Source: an uncultured delta proteobacterium
GTDB lineage: Bacteria > Desulfobacterota > Desulfobacteria > Desulfobacterales > JAFDCJ01
Length of the DNA stretch: 64,000 nt
Direction: 5' to 3'
NCBI GenBank assembly: GCA_963769935.1
Contig: CAVYNY010000018.1
Span: 128,001 to 192,000, forward strand
In this document: positions 39,532 through 49,889 of the stretch, piece after piece
Layout: every line of letters starts with the position of its first letter
Numbering within the stretch: position 1 is the stretch's first letter
Notes under the pieces: model-generated
The model's input: only the letters and a program-made list of their open reading frames with translations
Told to the model about the DNA's origin: nothing
The model's database searches: none
Position numbers and translations under genes: made by a program

Positions 39532-39664
39532 TGAAAAAATTTTTATTTTACTCTTTACAAGAATCTAAGGCTATGCTAATCAATAGAGCTTTTAAAAAGT
39601 AAGCTATACAAAACGGCATAAATTATGATGCTGTGAATCATTAAAATTTCATGAGGTCCAGGTC

Positions 39665-40026
39665 ATGAAAAAGAAAGATAAGGAATTCTTCAGGAAATAT
39701 CTCTCCGAACGTTTGGAGGAGCTTTTAAATCAGGCAGACAACACGGTCTCCGGCATGACCGAGACCAAGGAAAACTTTCCCGATCCAACGGATCGTGCGG
39801 CGCTGGAGGCGGACCGCAATTTTATGCTGCGAATCCGTGACCGGGAAGCCAAACTGATAAAAAAAATTAAAGAGGCCTTGGAACGGATTGAAAATGATAC
39901 GTATGGAATCTGCGAATCCTGCGGCGAAGATATTACTCTCAAAAGACTCAAAGCCGACCGGTGACCACGCAGTGCATCGAATGTAAATCCAAAGAGGAGG
40001 CTTTAGAGAAAGCCCTTGGATTATAA
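39665..40026 (+). CDS. dksA: DksA; -1 frameshift near 39956
   Basis: PDPTDRA, YGICESCG, then (ARP)VTTQCIECK in the shifted frame. Confidence 0.92.
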
Positions 40027-40909
40027 TAAGTATGTAGGCATCGACCTTCATATTCACACTACAGCTTCCGACGGCACCCTGACCCCGGCGGAAGTTGTCT
40101 CCCAAGCCGACCGACTTAAGTTAAAAGCGATTGCTATCACGGATCATGATACCGTCGCCGGTTCAATAGAAGCTTTACGCTGCGGCATTCCTCATTCTCT
40201 TGGCTTTCTAACCGGTGTCGAAATCAGTGCGGCGCCTCCTCCGTTTTATCCAGGTTCCGGAAGTTTCCATTTGCTGGGCTATTCAATCCGTCTCGATGAT
40301 TCGCAGCTCAATCAATCCTTGGCAGAGCTGCGGCTGGCCAGAAAAAATCGCAATCCGGCGATTATACGCCGGCTAAATGAGTTGGGAATCCCACTGACCC
40401 TGGATGACGTCCGTAAAGAAGCTGGCGCGGGTCAACTGGGAAGACCTCACATCGCCCAGGCCATGATTAAAAAAGGCGTGGTCGCCGCCATAGATGAAGC
40501 GTTTGATAAATTTTTAGGAACAGGCCGACCGGCTTATGTAACTAAATACCGCCTGGAATGCAGCCAGGTGATAGAAAATATTCTGGGGGCCGGAGGCATT
40601 CCGGTTCTGGCACATCCGGGTTTGTTGGACTGCAGGTATGAAGACCAGTTTGATCCCTTGATCGCAGGCCTAAAGGAGATGGGAATCCAGGGAGTGGAAG
40701 TTTATTATTCAGAGCATACTGCCCGGCAAACCCGCCTTTTTGCTGAACTGGCGCAACGCCATAACTTATTAATGACGGGCGGCACCGACTTCCACGGCGC
40801 CATTCAACCGGAAATAAAAATGGGATCGGGCTCAGGAAATCTGATCGTCCCTTACGAATTGTATGAAAAGTTAATTCAACATGGAAGCAAGAGATCCGGT
40901 AGGTATTGA
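40016..40909 (+). CDS. PHP-domain phosphoesterase
   Basis: DLHIHTTASDG, ITDHDT, LAHPG, GGTDFHG. Confidence 0.92.
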   Translation: MDYNKYVGIDLHIHTTASDGTLTPAEVVSQADRLKLKAIAITDHDTVAGSIEALRCGIPHSLGFLTGVEISAAPPPFYPGSGSFHLLGYSIRLDDSQLNQSLAELRLARKNRNPAIIRRLNELGIPLTLDDVRKEAGAGQLGRPHIAQAMIKKGVVAAIDEAFDKFLGTGRPAYVTKYRLECSQVIENILGAGGIPVLAHPGLLDCRYEDQFDPLIAGLKEMGIQGVEVYYSEHTARQTRLFAELAQRHNLLMTGGTDFHGAIQPEIKMGSGSGNLIVPYELYEKLIQHGSKRSGRY

Positions 40910-41570
40910 ACAGAGATTACACTATGAGTTCAATGACAAAGATCTACTGCAGGAAGCCCTGCGACACAGTTCCTATGTCAATGAACTTGCGGATCCGCAG
41001 CTGCGTGATAACGAACGCCTCGAATTTCTGGGAGATGCGGTCTTAAATCTTATCATCGGCCACATTCTCATGCAGCGCTACCCGGAGTTAAAGGAAGGCG
41101 ACCTTTCCAGAAACCGCGCCAATCTGGTTAACGAAACCCGGCTTGCCAAAATAGCCCGCTCGTTTGAACTGGGATCATTTATTCAGCTCGGCAAAGGAGA
41201 AATGCAAACCCTTGGCCGTGAAAAAAATTCAATCCTGGCCGATACCTTTGAGGCTTTGATGGCGGCCATCTTTCTGGATGGCGGATTCGATACGGCCTAC
41301 CAAATCATCAAGACGAATTTCCAGCCTTTGATAGCGCATTTGGATACCACCGCCAATAATTTTGATTATAAGAGCCAGCTGCAGGAAAAAGTGCAGGTCG
41401 AGCATGGCGTGATGCCCGAATACAACATCATCCGCGAAGACGGTCCGGATCATGATAAAACTTTCTGGATTTCGCTGAAGGTACTCGATATCGATACCCA
41501 GGGCAGCGGAAAAAGTAAAAAAGCAGCCGAGCAGGACGCCGCCCGCCGGGCGCTTGAAATTCTGAATTAA
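40881..41570 (+). CDS. rnc: Ribonuclease III
   Basis: NERLEFLGDAVL, ADTFEA, dsRBD GKSKKAAEQ. Confidence 0.97.
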   Translation: MEARDPVGIEQRLHYEFNDKDLLQEALRHSSYVNELADPQLRDNERLEFLGDAVLNLIIGHILMQRYPELKEGDLSRNRANLVNETRLAKIARSFELGSFIQLGKGEMQTLGREKNSILADTFEALMAAIFLDGGFDTAYQIIKTNFQPLIAHLDTTANNFDYKSQLQEKVQVEHGVMPEYNIIREDGPDHDKTFWISLKVLDIDTQGSGKSKKAAEQDAARRALEILN

Positions 41571-41636
41571 GAGTCTTGATACTGGCTACTGGATGCTGGA
41601 TACTCGTTATTGGAAACTTCGGCTCTCGATTTCCAT

Positions 41637-42851
41637 ATGAATGCCTCCAAGAAAAATAGCATAAAAATCGGTTTCCAAAAATTGGAACCCGGAAACCAGC
41701 CCCCGGCAGCCGGAAATCAGAAGCAAGCAGCCTGCAGCCAGAATCCAGAATCCAATATCAAGCATCCAGTATCCAGCAGCCAGCAGCCAGCAGCCGGAAA
41801 CCGCCCCTTCATCATCCCCATCTTCCTACCCCACGCCGGCTGCCCTCATCGATGTGTTTTTTGCAATCAGGTATCGATTACAGGTGCGGCACAAGGAGCT
41901 GCCGAAGCAAATCAAATCCGTTCCCGAATTCAAGAATTTTTGAATTATAAAACCCAGCTGCGGAAACCCGTACAGATTTCATTTTTCGGCGGCAATTTTC
42001 TAGGACTGAAAATTGATGAGATTCAATGTCTTCTGGCGCTGGCCGCCGAGTTTGTCCAGCAGGGAGTCGTGGACAGCATCCGGTTTTCTACGCGCCCGGA
42101 CACCGTTGACCGAGAGCACCTGGATGTAATTGCCGATTATCCGGTCGCTACGGTAGAACTCGGTGTTCAATCGATGATTGACCCCGTACTGGCCCTGGCC
42201 CAGCGAGGACACACGGCCACGGATACGGTCCGGGCAGTTGAAAGGCTTAAAGCACGACACTACAGCATCGGTTTGCAAATGATGGTTGGACTGCCGGGAG
42301 ACGATGAATCCTTGTCGCTGAAAACCGCCCGCAAAATCGCCGGCCTGCAACCGGATTTTGTCCGCATATACCCTACGATAGTTGTGAAAAACAGCCTGCT
42401 TGCCGGGTGGTATTCCAATGGAACTTATACTCCGCTTTCCCTGGATGCTGCCGTGACGCAGGTGAAAAGCCTTTATCTGTATTTTAAGAAAAACAATATT
42501 CAGATCATCCGGATGGGACTGCAGGCTTCTGCGGATCTGGCGGATGGATCAACGGTGTTGGCGGGTCCTTATCATCCGTCCTTCGGCCATATGGTGTATT
42601 CGGAAATCTTTCTGGACGCAGCGTGTATAGCGGTAAAAACTGCCAATCCCGCCGGACCCAAGATCAGCATTTTTGTCAATCCGCGTCGTATTTCCACCAT
42701 GAGGGGCCTTAATAATTCAAACGTTGAGCGCTTGAGAAGGCGGTTCGGGTTCGATCAAGTCGATATTATTCCAGATAGCTGCATTGATGCGGACAGCATA
42801 AAACTTGACAACGGAAGCCCGCTCTCATGCTTCCCATTTGAAGCTGTGTAA
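41637..42851 (+). CDS. Elp3-like radical SAM protein (start uncertain; repeat-derived N-terminus)
   Basis: IIPIFLPHAGCPHRCVFCNQ, STRPD, ELGVQS, GPYHP. Confidence 0.88.
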   Translation: MNASKKNSIKIGFQKLEPGNQPPAAGNQKQAACSQNPESNIKHPVSSSQQPAAGNRPFIIPIFLPHAGCPHRCVFCNQVSITGAAQGAAEANQIRSRIQEFLNYKTQLRKPVQISFFGGNFLGLKIDEIQCLLALAAEFVQQGVVDSIRFSTRPDTVDREHLDVIADYPVATVELGVQSMIDPVLALAQRGHTATDTVRAVERLKARHYSIGLQMMVGLPGDDESLSLKTARKIAGLQPDFVRIYPTIVVKNSLLAGWYSNGTYTPLSLDAAVTQVKSLYLYFKKNNIQIIRMGLQASADLADGSTVLAGPYHPSFGHMVYSEIFLDAACIAVKTANPAGPKISIFVNPRRISTMRGLNNSNVERLRRRFGFDQVDIIPDSCIDADSIKLDNGSPLSCFPFEAV

Positions 42852-42977
42852 AGAATCCTGGCCCGAATGGCCGGCATTGACTTCACCCCAGCTTCCGGCT
42901 CGTAGAGCCTACAGCTCGGAGAGAGAGGTGGTTTTGGCCGTCGGATACCCCATGGAATGATGGAATGATGGAATATT
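42848..42977 (+). repeat. GTAAAGAATCCTGGCCC repeat, copy 2, with nested REP-like insert
   Basis: Matches 17739-17811 but has ~57 extra bp containing CCGGCTCGTAGAGCCTACAGCTCGG. Confidence 0.7.
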
Positions 42978-45404
42978 TTAGAGATCCTTTTTAAACAGAT
43001 CTTCCGTTTCGCGGGCCTCATTCGGACGTTTAGTGTACTCGGTCGGGACGGTTCCCTCTTTAAAACATTCAAAGACCACATTTTTCGATTCCGGCACCGG
43101 CAGCAAACCCGTATCGGCATCAATTTTTGCAAACACAATGCCATCCGGCGCCTGAAAAACCTGGACCGGTTTACCTTCCAGTGCGCGCTGCATGAATCCG
43201 AGCCAGATAGGACTCGCCGCCCGAGAGCCGGTTTCACCTTTGCCCATCTGGGCTTCTTCATCTAAACCAACCCAAACGCCGGTAATAAATTCGGGGGTGT
43301 ATCCGACAAACCAGGCGTCGAACAAATTGTTGGTCGTTCCGGTTTTACCGGCAACCGGCCGTTTTAACTCTTTAACCCGCCAGCCGGTACCGAATTTGAC
43401 GACCCCCTCCAGCAGGCTGGTCATAATGTAAGCCGTACTCTTTTCGATTACCTTTTTTCTTTCCGGAGCCAATTCTTCCAACACTTTTCCATTGCGGTCC
43501 ACCACTTTCAAAATAAATACCGGTTCGACCAGGTAACCCTGGTTGGCAAAAACCGAATACGCTCTGAGAAGTTCGAGCAGAGAAACACCGGAGGATCCCA
43601 GCGCGATGGAAAGATCCCGGCTCAGATTGGACTCAATGCCAAGTTTGGCGGCATAATTTATCGCATAATCGACCCCGATGTCCTGCAATATCTTTATGGT
43701 CACCAGATTGCGTGATTGGGCCAGCGCATTTCTCAGAAGAGTGGGACCATAATAAGTTTCCTTGTAATTGCGCGGTTTCCAGGTAAAGTCACGTTCCTCG
43801 TCCTTGAAAACGATTGCGGAATCCATGATAATGGTGGCAGGCGTATAGTTTTTTTTCGGATCTTCAAATTGCTTGTCCAGGGCCGCCGCATAAATAATAG
43901 GCTTGAAGGCGGAACCCGGCTGCCTTCTGGACTGGATGGCCCGGTTGAACTGCGTCGCCTGGAAATCACGACCGCCGATCATGGCCTTTACCAGCCCGGT
44001 TCCCGCTTCGATGCACATCAGAGCCGACTGCGCGATGGGCATTTGTTCCAGCGCCGCCGACCACCTGTCTTTACCCTCTTCTTTGGCTTTTAACCGAACC
44101 AAAATCACATCCCCCACCGCAAGTGCCTGTGAGGGGTGCTTAAGTTTTGCTTCGTAATACGCAATCTCCGGATCCGGTTTGCGCGCCCAGCTCATGTCTT
44201 CGAGGGTAATCGTACCCTGTGCTTTACCCATGCGGACCGCTACCGTTTTATTACGGTCATCGACGGCAATCACAACAGCCTTCACGACGGCCTGCTCTTC
44301 AAAAGGGTCTTTATCCAGTTCGGTCTGCAGCTTTTGAGAGAAGGATTCGATTTCTTCGGGCTTTATGTGTTCCAGCGGACCGCGGTATCCTTCACGTTTA
44401 TCCAGGTCGAACAGGCCTTTCCGTATTTCCTCCCTGGCGATCTTCTGCATGTCGATGTTAACGGCGGTATAGACCTGCAATCCCTGAGTATACAGTGCTT
44501 CCTTGCCATATTTATTTTCAAGATAACGACGCACATGCTCGGTATAAAAGGGCACTTCTTCGACATACAGGTTGCGCCGGGGTTTGATGTCCAGCTGGGT
44601 ATTGATGGCTTCGGTGGCCTGGATGTTGGTGATGTAACCTTCTTCCACCATCCGGTTTAAAACATAAATCTGACGCTGCTGGGCTCTTTCCCGGTGCTTG
44701 AAGGGAGAATATTTACTGGGTGCCTGCGGCAATCCCGCCAGCATGGCGCATTCTGCCAGATTCAGGTCTTTGGCGGATTTGCCGAAATAATTTTCAGACG
44801 CCGCCTCTACGCCATAGGCTGCGTGTCCCAGATAAATCTGGTTAAGATACAGATACAGAATATCTTCTTTGGGAAAAGCCTTGTCGATTCGATAAGCCAG
44901 GATGGCTTCCTTGAATTTTCGTTTATAGCTTCGCTCCGGGGTTAAAAGAAATGATTTGGTAACCTGCTGGGTGATGGTACTGCCGCCCTGGACGATGGTG
45001 CCGGCTTCGAGATTTTTAAAAAAAGCTCTGGCAATGCTTATAAAATCGATGCCGCTATGCTTATAAAATCGCGAATCTTCCGCCGCCACAAAGGCATCAA
45101 TCAGCATGCGCGGCATTTCTGCTAACGGAATGACGATGCGACGCTCATCAAAAAACTCGGCGATTTTACGATTGTCGTCCGCATATACGGTCGTAATAAT
45201 CGAAGGCTGATAATCAGCCAACGATGTGATTTTGGGCAGATCCTTGCTGATGGAAAAATAGACGACCAGACCGGCCGCTGCGGCGCAGCCGATTAGAAAA
45301 ACACCCAGCAAAAAGGACCATAAGATAAATGTTCGGAAAAATCCCCTTTTTGCTTGCTGGGTACGCTTCTTGCGAATATCTGAATTGCTTTTTTGCTTTG
45401 ACAT
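42978..45404 (-). CDS. mrcA: Penicillin-binding protein 1A
   Basis: EDSRFYKH, GGSTITQQ, SAFK, SRN, KTG motifs. Confidence 0.95.
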   Translation of the reverse strand: MSKQKSNSDIRKKRTQQAKRGFFRTFILWSFLLGVFLIGCAAAAGLVVYFSISKDLPKITSLADYQPSIITTVYADDNRKIAEFFDERRIVIPLAEMPRMLIDAFVAAEDSRFYKHSGIDFISIARAFFKNLEAGTIVQGGSTITQQVTKSFLLTPERSYKRKFKEAILAYRIDKAFPKEDILYLYLNQIYLGHAAYGVEAASENYFGKSAKDLNLAECAMLAGLPQAPSKYSPFKHRERAQQRQIYVLNRMVEEGYITNIQATEAINTQLDIKPRRNLYVEEVPFYTEHVRRYLENKYGKEALYTQGLQVYTAVNIDMQKIAREEIRKGLFDLDKREGYRGPLEHIKPEEIESFSQKLQTELDKDPFEEQAVVKAVVIAVDDRNKTVAVRMGKAQGTITLEDMSWARKPDPEIAYYEAKLKHPSQALAVGDVILVRLKAKEEGKDRWSAALEQMPIAQSALMCIEAGTGLVKAMIGGRDFQATQFNRAIQSRRQPGSAFKPIIYAAALDKQFEDPKKNYTPATIIMDSAIVFKDEERDFTWKPRNYKETYYGPTLLRNALAQSRNLVTIKILQDIGVDYAINYAAKLGIESNLSRDLSIALGSSGVSLLELLRAYSVFANQGYLVEPVFILKVVDRNGKVLEELAPERKKVIEKSTAYIMTSLLEGVVKFGTGWRVKELKRPVAGKTGTTNNLFDAWFVGYTPEFITGVWVGLDEEAQMGKGETGSRAASPIWLGFMQRALEGKPVQVFQAPDGIVFAKIDADTGLLPVPESKNVVFECFKEGTVPTEYTKRPNEARETEDLFKKDL

Positions 45405-45546
45405 GTTTAATAAAAAGGATTTGACATTAATTTCTGTAACGGTTACTCAAGAGGGTTTAAAAAATCTCTTGGCAGGGTTCGACATTATCAGGGCAAACCG
45501 ATTGAATAATTTATAATAGCGCCTTATGCCGCCAAATTCAACATCA

Positions 45547-45651
45547 TAATTAATCCGCCCTGAATAATAGCGACATGAGGTGGAGCTGAAATATTTTTGT
45601 ACTTTTAAATCTTATGAGCCTATTTTGACGCTGGCCCGGGCGGATTAATTA
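45547..45651. mobile_element. MITE-like element with 14-bp perfect TIR
   Basis: TAATTAATCCGCCC ... GGGCGGATTAATTA; related ends at 25948 and 59676. Confidence 0.75.
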
Positions 45652-45732
45652 ATAATTTCTGAAAATTAGTCGCTCAAAGGCCCATGAATACCGAGTCTAT
45701 TTGCTAACAAATGGAAAATGCGGAGTAATTAA

Positions 45733-46110
45733 ATGATCCAGCTGGACTTTAAAAAAACCGGGGGACTGATACCCGCAATCGTTCAGGATGAAGCAACCGG
45801 AGAAATATTAATGCTGGCTTATATGAATCAGCAGGCCTTTGCGGTTACGCTGTCGACCGGAAAAGCCACCTATTACAGCCGCAGCCGACAAACGTTGTGG
45901 GTTAAGGGGGAAACCTCCGGCAATGTTCAGCTGGTAAAAGAAATTCGAATTGACTGTGACAATGATACCATACTTTTAAAAGTTGAGCAGCTCGGCCGGG
46001 CAGCATGCCACACCGGACATCGCAGCTGCTTTTACAAAAAGGTTGAAAATGGTTCTATCCGGATTATGGGGGAGCCGTTGTTCGATCCCAAGGAGGTATA
46101 CGATAAGTGA
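45733..46110 (+). CDS. hisI: Phosphoribosyl-AMP cyclohydrolase
   Basis: [29 protein letters not shown]. Confidence 0.97.
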   Translation: MIQLDFKKTGGLIPAIVQDEATGEILMLAYMNQQAFAVTLSTGKATYYSRSRQTLWVKGETSGNVQLVKEIRIDCDNDTILLKVEQLGRAACHTGHRSCFYKKVENGSIRIMGEPLFDPKEVYDK

Positions 46111-46982
46111 ATAAACTTCTGAAATTGGGAATACCCAAAGGAAGCCTTCAAAACGCAACCATCGCATTGTTTAAGCGCTCCGGTTGGAATATTAATGTGA
46201 ACGGAAGAAGCTATTTTCCCGAAATTGATGATGATTCGATCGACTGTGCCATATGCCGGGCCCAGGAAATGTCCCGCTATGTAGAAAGCGGTACCCTGGA
46301 TGCGGGACTTACCGGCAAGGATTGGATTGCCGAAAATGAATCGGATGTGCACGTCGTCACGGACCTGGTGTATTCAAAGGTCAGTTCCCGTCCCGCCCGC
46401 TGGGTGGTAGCTGTTCCCTTCGACTCACCGTTCAGGAAAATTGAAGATTTGGCCGGCAAAAAGATTTCGACCGAACTCACGGGATTCACCAGACGCTATT
46501 TCGCCGAACGCGATATTAATGTAATCGTCGAATTTTCCTGGGGGGCCACAGAAGGCAAAGTCGTATCCGGACTGGCCGACGCCATTGTAGAGGTTACCGA
46601 AACCGAGAGCACGATAAAAGCCCATGGCCTGCGTATTATTCATGAGGTGATGCAAACCAACACCCAGCTGATCGTAAACCACCAATCCTGGAACGATCCG
46701 CAGAAAAAGAAAAAAATCAAGCAGATTGCGCTGCTGCTCCAGGGCGCCCTATTGGGTGAAAAAATGGTGGGCCTTAAAATGAATGTGCCGGAGAATCTGA
46801 TGGAAGCGGTCATGGCTTTGCTTCCGAGCCTGAATGCACCAACGGTTGCATCGCTGTACCAGTCTAGCTGGTTCTCCGTGGAAGTCGTCGTCAGCGAGGA
46901 AATAGTTCGGGAGCTTATCCCTCAATTGCTCGAACACGGGGCGGAAGGGATAATAGAGTATCCGCTGAACAAGGTGATTTAA
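46107..46982 (+). CDS. hisG: ATP phosphoribosyltransferase (long form)
   Basis: [21 protein letters not shown]-terminal regulatory domain. Confidence 0.95.
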   Translation: MNKLLKLGIPKGSLQNATIALFKRSGWNINVNGRSYFPEIDDDSIDCAICRAQEMSRYVESGTLDAGLTGKDWIAENESDVHVVTDLVYSKVSSRPARWVVAVPFDSPFRKIEDLAGKKISTELTGFTRRYFAERDINVIVEFSWGATEGKVVSGLADAIVEVTETESTIKAHGLRIIHEVMQTNTQLIVNHQSWNDPQKKKKIKQIALLLQGALLGEKMVGLKMNVPENLMEAVMALLPSLNAPTVASLYQSSWFSVEVVVSEEIVRELIPQLLEHGAEGIIEYPLNKVI

Positions 46983-47135
46983 AATAAGTGGCTTTAGCAA
47001 TGATGGTGCAATGGTGTCGTTTGCAATTGTTAATTAAATTCGAAGCCCGAATCTCGAAACAAATTTAAAATTCTTAATCTCAATGTCCGAATAGATGTTG
47101 AATTAACCAGTACTTAATACCCGGTATCCACAAAC

Positions 47136-47723
47136 ATGAACATCAAGTCCGCCGAATTTGTCACCAGCGCCACCAAGCCGTCTCAATACCCAGCGGAAGG
47201 TCTAACGGAAGTCGCTTTTGCAGGCCGTTCCAATGTCGGCAAATCCAGCCTGATCAACATCCTGGTCAACCGAAAGCATCTGGTCAAAACCAGCTCAACC
47301 CCCGGACGGACACAAACAATCAATTTTTTTGACATTAATAAAAATTTAACCTTTGTCGATTTGCCCGGCTACGGATACGCCCGCGTTCCGGAAGCCATCA
47401 AAAAAGAATGGGGGCCTATGGTCGAGACCTATCTGTCCGGCCGCCGAACGTTAAAAGCAGTGGTCGTGATCATGGATATCCGGCGCACACCCCGCCAAGA
47501 AGAGCAGAATCTAATCGAGTGGCTCGAACATCATTCAATTGCCAAAATATTGGTCCTCACCAAGGCGGATAAACTCTCAAAAGTCAAACAGGGCCGACAG
47601 CGGACGGTCCATGCCGAAATACTCGGGGTGGGCAAAGACACTCTCATTCTTTTTTCGGCTAAATCCCGATTGGGAAAAGAAGATCTGTGGCAGGCTATTG
47701 AAAATCGTCTGGGAAAACAATAA
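47136..47723 (+). CDS. engB: GTP-binding protein EngB/YihA
   Basis: GRSNVGKSS, DLPGYGY, TKADK. Confidence 0.96.
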   Translation: MNIKSAEFVTSATKPSQYPAEGLTEVAFAGRSNVGKSSLINILVNRKHLVKTSSTPGRTQTINFFDINKNLTFVDLPGYGYARVPEAIKKEWGPMVETYLSGRRTLKAVVVIMDIRRTPRQEEQNLIEWLEHHSIAKILVLTKADKLSKVKQGRQRTVHAEILGVGKDTLILFSAKSRLGKEDLWQAIENRLGKQ

Positions 47724-47780
47724 ATTAATAAAGAGTTCAAGTAAAGGCCCGCCGTTTTAAAAATTTATAGGCTCAGCAAG

Positions 47781-48689
47781 ATGCAAAATATTCACGACCA
47801 GTTCGAAAATTTTAAATCCGGCTTTGTCGCAATTGCGGGCACTCCCAATGCGGGCAAATCTACGCTGCTGAATCGGATGCTTGGTGAAAAAATCTCTATT
47901 ACATCAAAAAAGCCCCAAACCACCCGCAACCGGATTTTAGGTGTTCTGCACCGTACCGGTTTACAAATAGTTTTTTACGATACCCCTGGATTATTTAAGG
48001 CGAAGGATAAACTGAACATCAGGATTGTGGATGCTGCACTCTCGGCGGTGGGGGATGCCGATTTAATTCTGGTTGTGGTCGATACCGCTCATCCGGACCT
48101 CAATTCCGAACGCTTCCTGGTAAAACAATTGCAAAGTTTGACTCGACCGGTGGTTTTAGCCCTGAACAAAATCGATCTGGTTGAAAAATCCAACTTGCTC
48201 GCAATCATTGATAAATGGGCCAAGACCTATCGATTTAAAGAGGTGGTCCCAATTTCCGCTGTGAACGGTATTCAGATTGACGAACTGATTGGAACCATGA
48301 CCAAACTATTGCCCTGCGGTCCGCCCTATTTCCCGGAAGACACGCTGACCGATGCAACCCAGCGTTTTATCGCTGCCGAGTTGATCCGCGAGCAGGTATT
48401 CCGGCTGGTCGGTGAAGAAATTCCATATGCCACGGCTGTTACTGTAGACAGTTTTAATGAGGCAAATGAGAGACACCTGGCAACCATCGAAGCGACCATC
48501 CATCTGGAACGCGACTCGCAGAAAGGCATCGTCATCGGCAAGAACGGCAGCAAACTAAAGCAGATCGGCATCCAATCCCGTGAGCAGATCGAGCACATGC
48601 TGGGGTGTAAAGTGTATTTGAAACTTTTCGTGAGGGTCCAGAAAAACTGGCGTAAAGACACCAGAGCCATCCGGCGTTTCGGTTATTAA
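47781..48689 (+). CDS. era: GTPase Era
   Basis: GTPNAGKST, QTTR, DTPG, NKID, KH domain. Confidence 0.97.
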   Translation: MQNIHDQFENFKSGFVAIAGTPNAGKSTLLNRMLGEKISITSKKPQTTRNRILGVLHRTGLQIVFYDTPGLFKAKDKLNIRIVDAALSAVGDADLILVVVDTAHPDLNSERFLVKQLQSLTRPVVLALNKIDLVEKSNLLAIIDKWAKTYRFKEVVPISAVNGIQIDELIGTMTKLLPCGPPYFPEDTLTDATQRFIAAELIREQVFRLVGEEIPYATAVTVDSFNEANERHLATIEATIHLERDSQKGIVIGKNGSKLKQIGIQSREQIEHMLGCKVYLKLFVRVQKNWRKDTRAIRRFGY

Positions 48690-48755
48690 GCTTCCATTTC
48701 GATTTGGATCGTATCGCAGCCAGCGGGACAGGGCATGATGCTTTAATGACGGTCC

Positions 48756-49247
48756 TCAGGCGATGATATTGTCGGGTGAGTACCCCCGCTCATGCGCTAT
48801 CAACCATTCTTTACGCCATAGGCCGCCGCCGTATCCGGTCAGGCTCCCGTCGCTTCCAATTACCCGATGACACGGAATGATAATGGCGATCGGATTTTTG
48901 CCGTTGGCACTTCCGACCGCCCGGCAGGCCTTTGGTTTGCCGATAATATCGGCAATATAGGCGTAGGATACCACTGCACCGAAAGGTATTTTTTCAAGCT
49001 GACGCCAGACCAATCTTTGAAATTCCGTACCCCGGGGGGCAAGATTTAAAAAAAACTCTTTCCGTTGGCCTTCAAAATATTCAGCGATTTGCTTGGCACA
49101 CTCTTTGACACAAAACGGGAGGTCGTCATCACCAGGCTGCATTTCTTCCACGAAATCCAGCGCTAAAATGCTGTCTTGGGTCCCGATGATTTTAATAAAT
49201 CCCAGCGGTGATTTGTAATAGGCTTGATACGTTTTCATGATCGACAT
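48756..49247 (-). CDS. ogt: Methylated-DNA-protein-cysteine methyltransferase
   Basis: GTEFQ, RAVG, PCHRV. Confidence 0.95.
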   Translation of the reverse strand: MSIMKTYQAYYKSPLGFIKIIGTQDSILALDFVEEMQPGDDDLPFCVKECAKQIAEYFEGQRKEFFLNLAPRGTEFQRLVWRQLEKIPFGAVVSYAYIADIIGKPKACRAVGSANGKNPIAIIIPCHRVIGSDGSLTGYGGGLWRKEWLIAHERGYSPDNIIA

Positions 49248-49390
49248 TTTTACTAGAAAAGTTTAAGGAAACAGTCAGCAAATATCAAAAGCACCATTAA
49301 AAGAGCACATACTGATATGCATAGTCAAGGCAAACCATCGAAAATTTTCTTGGCCGGGCTGACGTCTTAGTCGATTCCGCACCAGTAGAA

Positions 49391-49557
49391 TGTTTGGAAT
49401 TTTGAATTTAGGTCATTGGAATTTGTTTTAGCCCGCCCTGGCGCGACTTAGTTGGTTGAATGCATCATTCGTTTCCAGTATACAGGTTGAGGGAAAACGC
49501 ACTTTAAGTCTTAATTTGGTCTGGGCCAGGGATTTGGTTTTTGGTGCTTGAAATTTT
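49391..49557. repeat. Right arm of the 23931-type element interrupted by a ~100-bp IR-bounded insert
   Basis: TTTTGAATTTAGGTCATTGG is shared with ~24091; insert bounded by CCCTGGCGCGAC / GTCTGGGCCAGGG. Confidence 0.65.
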
Positions 49558-49699
49558 CCGGAGGAGAGAGTCCTTTCTCATGTTTTTAGCCACAGGTTCA
49601 AATTTTAATAGTTGATATAACGTCCGAACACAATCGGTAATAAAAATCCGGCCTGAATTCCTTTTGTTCCATGGCACGATGGATGTTGCGATGGGATGA

Positions 49700-49885
49700 T
49701 TGAAAAAATGCCGCCAGTAGTGTGTGAATTCCTTGAAATCTTCGTAGACCTGGTTCTTTTGGGGATTGACGATGCTTTCTTTAAACCGCTGGGCATAGTA
49801 GTAATAGAGCAAAAAAAGAACGGTGTCTTCGTAGAGTTGGAGCTCTTTGCGGCTGACGGTCCCCCCTTTTTTCAATTGCCTTTGA
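49700..49885 (-). pseudogene. Internal fragment of a larger protein (resembles N-terminal region of some deltaproteobacterial sigma-54 activators)
   Basis: ELQLYEDTVLFLLYYYY...FTHYWRHFF is protein-like but has no credible start or end. Confidence 0.35.
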
Positions 49886-49889
49886 ATGC

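Noticed and set aside
45490..45510. c-di-GMP-I riboswitch (GGGCAAACC)
   Set aside because: No GNRA-capped P2 stem or downstream GCAAA-type motif
49328..49360. c-di-GMP-I riboswitch (GGCAAACCATCGAAA)
   Set aside because: The complementary strand closing P2 is absent
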